Positions 15,376-23,079 of a stretch of DNA of 32,000 bases are shown here, piece by piece. Every line of letters starts with the position of its first letter. Within the stretch, counting starts at the first letter, position 1. Made by a program: the position numbers and the translations under genes. This DNA is from Edaphobacter aggregans. Its GTDB lineage: Bacteria; Acidobacteriota; Terriglobia; Terriglobales; Acidobacteriaceae. Location: the NCBI RefSeq assembly GCF_003945235.1, contig NZ_RSDW01000001.1:3480001-3512000 (forward strand), in the 5' to 3' direction. Under the pieces are notes generated by a model. It searched no databases, had not been told where the DNA came from, and saw nothing but the letters and a program-made list of their open reading frames with translations.

Positions 15376-16790
15376 TCAATAATCGCTGGGTTGCAAGTGA
15401 ATCCGGCGACACCTTCGCGACGGTAAATCCCGCCACCGGCGAGGAAATCTGCCAAGTTGCTGCGGCTAATGCCATCGATGTGGAGAAGGCCGTTTTTGCA
15501 GCGCGGACGGCTTTTGAAACAGGTCCTTGGCGGAAGATGCACGCATCAGAGCGGGGGCGCCTGCTCTACATTCTTGCCGATCTGATCGAAAATAATGCTG
15601 ACGAACTCGCCCAGCTCGAATCTCTCGATAACGGTAAACCAGTTTCAGTGGCGAAGAGAGTGGATGTTGCCAAGACAGTTGCTTGCTATCGATATTTCGC
15701 GGGATGGGCGGACAAGATTCAGGGCAAAACCATTCCCATTGACGGCGATTTTTTTTGCTACACCCGGCATGAACCCATCGGCGTAGTCGGACAAATCATC
15801 CCTTGGAATTATCCCATGCTGATGCAGGCGTGGAAGCTTGCCCCGGCGTTGGCCACAGGAAATACCGTCGTTATGAAGCCGGCCGAGCAAACCCCTCTCT
15901 CCTCGCTACGCATCGGGGAATTGGTTGTTGAAGCGGGTTTTCCGGAAGGCGTCGTCAATATATTGTCGGGATTCGGTCCCACAGCAGGTGCGGCGATCGC
16001 GCGTCACATGGACGTGGACAAGGTGGCATTCACCGGATCCACCGAAATTGGGCGTCTAATCTTGGAAGCCGCAGCAAAGTCCAATCTGAAGCGAGTCACT
16101 CTTGAACTCGGCGGAAAAAGCCCGAATATCGTATTCGAGGATACGGATCTCGACGAAGCGGTAGAAGGCGCGCACTTGGGACTCTTTTCCAACCAGGGTC
16201 AAATTTGTTGTGCCGGTTCAAGAGTGTTCGTCGAAGAGAAGATCTATGATCAGTTCGTAGAAAAAAGTGCGACTCGTGCCCACAAACGTGTAGTCGGAGA
16301 CCCGTTCGATCCTAAGACAGAACAAGGTCCGCAGGTAGATCAGGCGCAGTTCGACAAAGTGATGGGCTATATCGAATCAGGACAAAGTGAAGGTGCTACG
16401 CTTGTCTGCGGTGGCAAGCGCGTCGGACATCGTGGCTACTTCATCGAGCCCACCGTGTTCGCCGACGTTCAGGACGACATGAAGGTTGCCCGCGAAGAAA
16501 TCTTCGGACCGGTGATGAGTGTCATCCCGTTTAAGAATCTCGATGAAGTAATCACTCGGGCAAACCGAACGGATTACGGATTGGCAGCAGGGGTGTGGAC
16601 ACGAGACATCAAAAAGGCGCACGCGATTGCAAATGGAGTGCGCGCTGGTACGGTATGGGTGAATTGCTACAACATTTTGGATACTCGGGCTCCCTTCGGT
16701 GGATTCAAACAGTCAGGAACGGGACGTGAACTAGGCGAGTACGGACTGCAGCAGTATTCGGAAGTTAAAACCATCATTGTCAGGCTTTGA
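15282..16790 (+). CDS. NAD(P)-dependent aldehyde dehydrogenase (ALDH1/2-like)
   Basis: [60 protein letters not shown] (catalytic Glu), [13 protein letters not shown] (catalytic Cys), EEIFGPV. Start is uncertain: ATG 15282 has GGAG 5 nt upstream, whereas ATG 15348 (MAAPATK...) would give a shorter 28-nt overlap with metA. Confidence 0.9.
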   Translation: MCAEAATIERQISILSTPAKSGMAAPATKLLINNRWVASESGDTFATVNPATGEEICQVAAANAIDVEKAVFAARTAFETGPWRKMHASERGRLLYILADLIENNADELAQLESLDNGKPVSVAKRVDVAKTVACYRYFAGWADKIQGKTIPIDGDFFCYTRHEPIGVVGQIIPWNYPMLMQAWKLAPALATGNTVVMKPAEQTPLSSLRIGELVVEAGFPEGVVNILSGFGPTAGAAIARHMDVDKVAFTGSTEIGRLILEAAAKSNLKRVTLELGGKSPNIVFEDTDLDEAVEGAHLGLFSNQGQICCAGSRVFVEEKIYDQFVEKSATRAHKRVVGDPFDPKTEQGPQVDQAQFDKVMGYIESGQSEGATLVCGGKRVGHRGYFIEPTVFADVQDDMKVAREEIFGPVMSVIPFKNLDEVITRANRTDYGLAAGVWTRDIKKAHAIANGVRAGTVWVNCYNILDTRAPFGGFKQSGTGRELGEYGLQQYSEVKTIIVRL

Positions 16791-16912
16791 CAAAAGATCT
16801 CGCAATCAAGAAGTGGCCGCGAATGACTTGTTGACATGATCCTTTGAGATCAAGATTTTTACTCGCAATTAGGCCACCATCGTCGAAAACCGTGTCGTTG
16901 TATCTCCCCTAA

Positions 16913-16941
16913 GCTGCCTCTTCGGAGGCGGCTTTTTCTTT
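16913..16941 (+). terminator. Rho-independent terminator after the aldehyde dehydrogenase gene
   Basis: gctgcctc-ttcg-gaggcggc forms an 8-bp stem (one G-U pair) with a tetraloop, followed by tttttcttt. Confidence 0.7.
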
Positions 16942-17174
16942 GTTCGGGGCTGAACGACAGCTTAACCGCAGATCTATCACGTTCCTAGTGAGGTGTACGA
17001 TGTGAAAAATGTCTGAAACGACTTAAAGGTGCTTAGTGAGGTTATGAGGTGTTTCCAATGTGGTCTATCAGCCACGTGTACGATGGAATTGTCTTTCCGG
17101 GGAAGCCGCCAGCCTCGTAGACGAAGGTATAGTTGCAGTCAGTATATGAAGAAGCAACCCCAGTTTCTGGGGGG

Positions 17175-18644
17175 ATGAAGTCGAGTTCCATCGTGAATAG
17201 TTTATACAAATCGCGCTCTTCATCTAAAACCAGCAAAAGCAGGACCGACCGACGTCTGCATAGTGTTTTGGCAGTTATCACGGGACTAATGACTCTGTCG
17301 TTCCCGGCGGTTGCGCAACAAGCTTCTCCGCAACGCTCAGACGAAGTTATAGTATGGGGCGCCGTGAATAGTTCAGATGGCAAGCCGGTTAACGACGCGG
17401 TGGTACGACTTGAACATGAAGGTGTCCCGGGCACCGTCGAGACGAAGACCAACGCAGCTGGCGACTTCGTGTTCTTGGCTCTCCGAACTGGTAGCTATCT
17501 ACTCAACGCAGAGAAGGCAGGATTACGTAGCCGCAGCGCTGCTGTCGTTGTGCCATCACAGAGGGATCAAGAGAAAATCTATCTGGTCCTCGAAGATTCC
17601 GGATCAACTCATTCAGATTTTAGTACCTCCTCATTGTCTACCATTCAAACCATGACATTCGCGGATAAACCGAGCTTCTCCATCGCAGGAGTCACGGATT
17701 GGACCGCCGTGGGTGGGCATGGATCGGATTCCAGCTTGCGAACCAGCGAAGCTCTCGCCAGTGAAACTCTCACGCTTAAATCGACGAGCCCGGAACATAG
17801 CGCGGCAAGTGTCACCGGCGATACCAATGAAGCGAATCGACATCGACTGGTGGGTGAGCTTGACGAAAAATCAGGTGACCCTCTGGGCGCCGTTCACGAA
17901 TATGAGCAGGCAGTGCATCTGGATCCCAGTGAGCAGAATTATTTCGAGTGGGGTTCTGAGTTGTTGCTCCACCGAGCTATATTGCAGGCTCAGGAGGTCT
18001 TTCATAAAGGCGTAGAGACGTACCCGAGATCGGTTAAAATGCTGACTGGATTGGGTGCAGCTCTCTTTGCCGGTGCTCGCTATGATGAGGCGGCGCTTCG
18101 TCTGTGCAATGCTTCCGATTTGAATCCGACAGACCCCGAACCCTACATCTTTATGGGGAAGATTGAGATAGCGGCTCCAAATACCTTGGCGTGCATCGAG
18201 CAAAAGCTGGCACGGTTTGTGCAGGAGCAGCCGGAAAATTCTCTCGCCAATTATTTTTATGCGATGGCGTTGCTGAAGAGGCAGCAACAACCTCCAAACA
18301 GGCAGGTCACGCAGGAGGCTGAAAGCTTATTTACAAAAGCCGCAACAATTGATGACAAATGCGGCGATGCTTATCTTCAATTAGGGATTCTTTCTGCATC
18401 GGCACGCGATTTCGAGAAGGCGATTGGTTTCTACATGAAGGCAGTCGAAGCAGACCCGCAGCTGGGCGAGGCCCACTACAGGCTAGGTATGGTTTATGAC
18501 CGGATGGGTGAGTCGGCAAAGGCTAAACGGGAGTTCCAGCTTCACGACGAAATCAAAAAGCAACAGGCAGAAACAATTGAACGCCAACGCCGAGAGGTGA
18601 AGCAGTTCCTGGTTGTTCTACCTGAGCATCCGCCGACACCGTAA
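17175..18644 (+). CDS. Secreted carboxypeptidase-regulatory-like domain + TPR repeat protein
   Basis: Signal-like LHSVLAVITGLMTLSFPAVAQQ. GAVNSSDGKPVNDAVVRLE...TNAAGDFVFLALRTGSYLLNAEKAGL is a CarboxypepD_reg-type beta-sandwich. The C-terminal half carries TPR-like helices (AYLQLGILSASARDFEKAIGFYMKAVEADPQLGEAHYRLGMVY). 17175 is the first in-frame ATG; the ORF-track start 17133 is TTG. Confidence 0.8.
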   Translation: MKSSSIVNSLYKSRSSSKTSKSRTDRRLHSVLAVITGLMTLSFPAVAQQASPQRSDEVIVWGAVNSSDGKPVNDAVVRLEHEGVPGTVETKTNAAGDFVFLALRTGSYLLNAEKAGLRSRSAAVVVPSQRDQEKIYLVLEDSGSTHSDFSTSSLSTIQTMTFADKPSFSIAGVTDWTAVGGHGSDSSLRTSEALASETLTLKSTSPEHSAASVTGDTNEANRHRLVGELDEKSGDPLGAVHEYEQAVHLDPSEQNYFEWGSELLLHRAILQAQEVFHKGVETYPRSVKMLTGLGAALFAGARYDEAALRLCNASDLNPTDPEPYIFMGKIEIAAPNTLACIEQKLARFVQEQPENSLANYFYAMALLKRQQQPPNRQVTQEAESLFTKAATIDDKCGDAYLQLGILSASARDFEKAIGFYMKAVEADPQLGEAHYRLGMVYDRMGESAKAKREFQLHDEIKKQQAETIERQRREVKQFLVVLPEHPPTP

Positions 18645-18652
18645 AAACATCT

Positions 18653-20434
18653 CTACTTCGGTTGCGGCTTGAACGTTGCAACTATTCCGTCGCCTTCTCG
18701 AATTGTGAGTATCTGATTCGTTTTGATCTGCGTGAATCGTTCGACTTTCTGTGTCGTCGGCCACTTTACTTCGATGATGTCCACAGTCTCGACTTTGCCA
18801 AGACCGAAGTGAAGGCGCAGGTCGCTTTGTGACATTACGCTTGTGCCACTGTGAACTTCATCCATCTGAGCATGTTTGCCGGTGACAACTCGCACGCGGG
18901 CTCCTATGGCCGTGCGATTGCACTTGGTTCCCAGCAGCTTGATCTTAATCCAGTTCTGTTTGTTGCCTCCATCGTTGCGAAGAAGCGATGGGAGATCATT
19001 CAGGTTTAAGACCAAAACATCCATGTTGCCGTTGTTGTTGTAGTCTCCAAATGCGGCGCCACGACTGGAAAAGCGCTCGCTGATGCCGGATCCCATCTGC
19101 GTCGAGACATCTTTGAAGTTGCCGTTGCCGAGATTCTTGTACACCAGCCGTGGGTTTTTGAAGGTCTCGCCGAAGTCATAGTGGTCGACCTCAGGATAGA
19201 CGTGTCCATTGACCTGAACGATGTCGGGCCAGCCATCATTGTCATAGTCGATAAAACCGCAGCCCCAAGCCACATAGCGATTGTTAACTCCGATGCCGGA
19301 TGGAAAGGTTACATCGGTGAAGGTTCCATCGCCATTATTGTGGTACAGGTTGCAGGTATCATCGACGAAGTTAGTCTTGAAGATGTCGAACCAACCGTCG
19401 CAGTCGTAGTCGGCCACTGCGACGCCCATTCCAGCCTGCTCATGCCCGTCGTCATTGTAGGCGCAACCGGCCATGACGGCGATATCGGTGAACGTGCCGT
19501 CGTGGTTGTTCTTGAAGAGAATGCTTGGTTCTGAATCCACCGCGATATAAATGTCCGGCCATCCGTCGTTATCGAAATCGTAAGAAACGGGGGTAATGGA
19601 GTATCGTGGACCAGGCTTGAGAATGCCTGACTTCTCGGAGACGTCGGTAAACGTGCCGTCGCCATTGTTGTGGTAGAGGAGGTTGGTGTCGCCTGGAAGG
19701 CCGCGCGGCCCGCACATAATGGGAACGCCTTTCCACTGGCAGTAGTTTGTTGCGCTTGCGGAGGGGATCTTATCCGGATCGATCTTGATGTAATTGCAGA
19801 CGAAGAGATCAAGATGACCGTCTCGATCGTAGTCGAGAAAAGTACAGCCTGCGCCCCAACGGCCTTGTTCCCGATAGAGGCCGGCCTTGTGGGTAACGTC
19901 AGTAAACGTGCCGTTTCCGTTATTGCGAAAAAGACGGTTATGCCCAAGGAAACAGCAAAAAAGATCGTCCCATCCGTCGTTATCGTAATCACCTACGCAG
20001 ACGCCGGTCTGCCAGCCGGCAATCCCTAGTCCTGACTTATCTGTGACATCGGTAAACGTGCCGTCGCGATTGTTCCTGTACAAATGTGAGGTCGGCGTCT
20101 TTCCCTGAGGCCAATTCGCGTCGAGCCGGTTTCCATTTGTAAGGTAGATATCTAGCCATCCATCGTTGTCGTAGTCGAAGAAGGCCAGTCCGCTTCCCTT
20201 GGTCTCAATAATGGACCGTTTGTGGTCGATACCACCCCATACATTGGGGATGTTCAGTCCGGCTTGCTGCGCCACGTCGACGAACTGGACCCCGGACGGC
20301 GTGGGATTCGATACTGCAGCTTCAACGACGAGCGAACTTTTCCATTTCCAGAGTGGAGTCGTAAGTGCATCCGTCAGCGCACTACCCAACACGAAGAGAG
20401 AGGACCCAAGGAAGCGCCGTCGCGGGAAGATCAT
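18653..20434 (-). CDS. CRTAC1-family protein: FG-GAP/VCBS repeats + ASPIC/UnbV C-terminal domain, Tat-like signal
   Basis: Repeated GDYDNDGW-DL/I and NNGDGTFTDVT units. The C-terminal CNRTAIGARVRV...HSGTSVMSQSDLRLHFGLG is UnbV_ASPIC-like. N-terminus is MIFPRRRFLGSSLFVLGSA. ATG 20434 is preferred over the ORF-track TTG 20443. Confidence 0.85.
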   Translation of the reverse strand: MIFPRRRFLGSSLFVLGSALTDALTTPLWKWKSSLVVEAAVSNPTPSGVQFVDVAQQAGLNIPNVWGGIDHKRSIIETKGSGLAFFDYDNDGWLDIYLTNGNRLDANWPQGKTPTSHLYRNNRDGTFTDVTDKSGLGIAGWQTGVCVGDYDNDGWDDLFCCFLGHNRLFRNNGNGTFTDVTHKAGLYREQGRWGAGCTFLDYDRDGHLDLFVCNYIKIDPDKIPSASATNYCQWKGVPIMCGPRGLPGDTNLLYHNNGDGTFTDVSEKSGILKPGPRYSITPVSYDFDNDGWPDIYIAVDSEPSILFKNNHDGTFTDIAVMAGCAYNDDGHEQAGMGVAVADYDCDGWFDIFKTNFVDDTCNLYHNNGDGTFTDVTFPSGIGVNNRYVAWGCGFIDYDNDGWPDIVQVNGHVYPEVDHYDFGETFKNPRLVYKNLGNGNFKDVSTQMGSGISERFSSRGAAFGDYNNNGNMDVLVLNLNDLPSLLRNDGGNKQNWIKIKLLGTKCNRTAIGARVRVVTGKHAQMDEVHSGTSVMSQSDLRLHFGLGKVETVDIIEVKWPTTQKVERFTQIKTNQILTIREGDGIVATFKPQPK

Positions 20435-20516
20435 AGATGGCAATGATTATAGCGAGCGATTTTCCTTTCAGCTCTCTGCGCATATTCAGATATCGGAGAA
20501 AACAATCTACTTCGCT

Positions 20517-23057
20517 TCATAGGGTTTTGTCTGCGAGGAAGAGCGCAAGTTGAAGCAATTGCTTTCTGCTGGCCATCGGCATGGGTGCATCGCCGGTCGG
20601 GGTGATCGCCGGAGCCTGCGCCAGGACCTGTTCAATGCGGTTTACGTCAAGGCCACCGCTTACCTTGCTGTTCTTGAAACGGTCCAGAACTTCTTTGGCT
20701 TTGGCGATCTGTCCCGTTTGAAAGTAGAAGGCACCAAGGGTTGAATAGCTTCCGGGCCATTCTGGAAGTAATTCCACTGCGTGCTCGAACCGCTCCGCTG
20801 CCTCTGCAGTATTTCCTTCGAGAGCTGAGGCGAGTCCCAATCCCCAAAGAATTTTCCCGGAGCCGGGAATGTGAGCTTGTCCCTTCAGCAATGTCTGTTT
20901 CGCATCTGCAATGTTGTTCTCGCGAAGCTGGAGCAGTGAAAGCGAGAGATAGTCCTGATCGTTATCTGGATTGCGATTGATGGCGCTTCGGAAGATCTCT
21001 GTGGCGTGGCTTGTGTCACCCATGTGCGCGTAGATATCTCCGAGCAAGGCAAGGTAGGAGTCGTCCCTACTTCCTTCCGGTGCAACCTGCAAGGCCGTAT
21101 TAAGCGCCTCGGAATAACGGCCCTCGCGAAAATATGCATTTGCTAAATCGAAATTTACTTCGTTCGAGCTTGGATTCGCCTGCAGTGCTGCCTGGAACTG
21201 TTGGATAGCATCGTCATACAGATGGTAACGCGCCAGTAAGACACCAGCACCAGCCAAGGTTCGGGAATCGCCCGGACTTACCTTGTCGAGCTGCGCGATG
21301 GTGTTCCTAGCCTCATCCATTTTTCCGGATTTCAGATAAGCCTCAGCCAGAGGATAAAGAACGTCAGGTTGATCCGGGCGCTTCTTGATCTGCTCGATAA
21401 GCTGAGCCAGGTCCTGCAGGTTTCGGGCACCGGGGTCAAGTTTTGAGCGATTATCGAGGTAATCGAAGAGATTCTCATAGGGATAAGCATTAATGGAAAC
21501 ATTTTTAGAGAGAGTCTGAAATTGGGCGAGGTCCCGGTCGGCTGCTGTCGTCTCGTGCAATTTTCTCTCCACCATCGCGAGCTTGTAGTATCCAGTCGCC
21601 GAATTAGGGCTGACTCGAACATATTTTCTGAGCAGATTCTCTGCCTCGGGAAATCTTTTGGCTTCGATTCGAAGATTGGCCAACTCTATAAGCGCATCAG
21701 GAAAATTCGGATCTGAGCCGAGTACTTTCTGGAATATCGCGTCCGCTGTTGCAGTATCTCCCTGCAGATTTGCTATGTGGCCCAACTGGAACAAGCAGAA
21801 GCTGTTGCGAGGATCCAGCTTGAGTCCGTTTTGAAAATCTTGTTTCGCTTCGTCGAACCGTCCGAGATGCGTGTATGAAAGACCTAAGAAGGCGTATGTT
21901 CGCACTGAAGGTTCGGCCGCGATCGACTTATTGAACTCTTCGATAGCTTTGTCGATCTTGCCCGACACGAAATAACTTTCGCCCAGAACGGAACGGATAT
22001 CCGATCGCTGTGGTGTGATCTGTAGAGCTTTTTCCAGCAATGGGATCGCATCCTCGAAATACTTCTGGGAGATGCTGATGTCGGCCATTAGGAGGAGGAT
22101 GTCCGGATTCCTGGGCGTTATCTTGTTTGCGCGGATTAGTAGATCGAGGGCGTCGAGAGATCGCGACTCATTCGTATAAACCTGTGCCAGCAAGTAAAGA
22201 GCTTCGGGGGACTCGGGCCGCAATTTGAGTGCACGAGTCAAGATGAGCTCTGCATTGGGATAGTTGCCGTTCAGAAGAAAGGTTTGTCCGAGGTTATAAA
22301 GAATCTCGAAGGTCTCGGGCTGTAGAGCATCGGCCTTTTCAAATTCCAACTGTGCAAGCTTGTACTGCTTTTCGGACGCCAGCAATATTCCAAGAGAGAA
22401 ATGCAGCTGGACCTCATTCTTATTCTCTGCAGAGAGTTCAATCGCCATCCGAAGGGCCTCCGCAGTGCGTTTGCTCTGCAAGTAAGCGCGGATCAGGTTG
22501 AGGCGTGTCTCGATATTTTTCGGACGTACACGTTCAAAGTAAGGAATGGCTTCCGTTGGCGACCCCCTAGCCATCTCGAGTAGCCCAAAGTTGTAGTTCC
22601 CATCCCGGTTTCCTGGCTCAAGACGCAGAGCAGTTCGGAATTCCTTCTCAGCCATATCGAACTGCTTTTGGGCGAGGTAGACATTTCCCAGATTGTTGTG
22701 CGTTTTGGTGGCGTTGGGGGCAAGCTGCAAGGCTTTCTGAAATGCAGCGAGAGCGTTTGGGTAGTCCTGCTGTTCGCTCTCGATAATTCCAAGCAGGTTG
22801 TAGCCCTCAGCGCTAGAAGGATTTTGCTTGAGCTCTTCCAATATTTTGGTCTTGGCTTCATCAAGATGGCCTTGTTGAACCAGAACTTCAATTGGCTGGA
22901 GCCTTGCTGATATCTTTGAAGATTGTTGCTCGGCCGTACCCATGGCGCAAGCAAACAAAATCGCAACTAGGGTAGAAATACTACCCGCACGCGACCGCGC
23001 TATGACGATTCCGATCCTATGCCTAAATGAGGTGCGAATGCCCATCTCCCACACCAT
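20517..23057 (-). CDS. Large TPR repeat protein (~846 aa), secreted or lipid-anchored
   Basis: TPR units run from end to end (for example AEGYNLLGIIESEQQDYPNALAAFQKALQLAPN). The N-terminus has hydrophobic ISTLVAILFACAMG, a possible lipobox L-F-A-C. The ORF-track start 23231 (TTG) would overlap the upstream gene by 152 nt; ATG 23057 (or 23045) lies just after the upstream stop at 23080. Confidence 0.8.
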   Translation of the reverse strand: MVWEMGIRTSFRHRIGIVIARSRAGSISTLVAILFACAMGTAEQQSSKISARLQPIEVLVQQGHLDEAKTKILEELKQNPSSAEGYNLLGIIESEQQDYPNALAAFQKALQLAPNATKTHNNLGNVYLAQKQFDMAEKEFRTALRLEPGNRDGNYNFGLLEMARGSPTEAIPYFERVRPKNIETRLNLIRAYLQSKRTAEALRMAIELSAENKNEVQLHFSLGILLASEKQYKLAQLEFEKADALQPETFEILYNLGQTFLLNGNYPNAELILTRALKLRPESPEALYLLAQVYTNESRSLDALDLLIRANKITPRNPDILLLMADISISQKYFEDAIPLLEKALQITPQRSDIRSVLGESYFVSGKIDKAIEEFNKSIAAEPSVRTYAFLGLSYTHLGRFDEAKQDFQNGLKLDPRNSFCLFQLGHIANLQGDTATADAIFQKVLGSDPNFPDALIELANLRIEAKRFPEAENLLRKYVRVSPNSATGYYKLAMVERKLHETTAADRDLAQFQTLSKNVSINAYPYENLFDYLDNRSKLDPGARNLQDLAQLIEQIKKRPDQPDVLYPLAEAYLKSGKMDEARNTIAQLDKVSPGDSRTLAGAGVLLARYHLYDDAIQQFQAALQANPSSNEVNFDLANAYFREGRYSEALNTALQVAPEGSRDDSYLALLGDIYAHMGDTSHATEIFRSAINRNPDNDQDYLSLSLLQLRENNIADAKQTLLKGQAHIPGSGKILWGLGLASALEGNTAEAAERFEHAVELLPEWPGSYSTLGAFYFQTGQIAKAKEVLDRFKNSKVSGGLDVNRIEQVLAQAPAITPTGDAPMPMASRKQLLQLALFLADKTL

Positions 23058-23079
23058 TCCAACTTGCTCATTAGCGCGG

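Noticed and set aside
16831-16941. TTGACA at 16831-16836 followed ~80 nt later by the strong terminator, which could define a small RNA.
   Set aside because: No acceptable -10 hexamer lies at 16-19 nt spacing (gatttt/attttt). The terminator is more simply explained as the end of the aldehyde dehydrogenase transcript.
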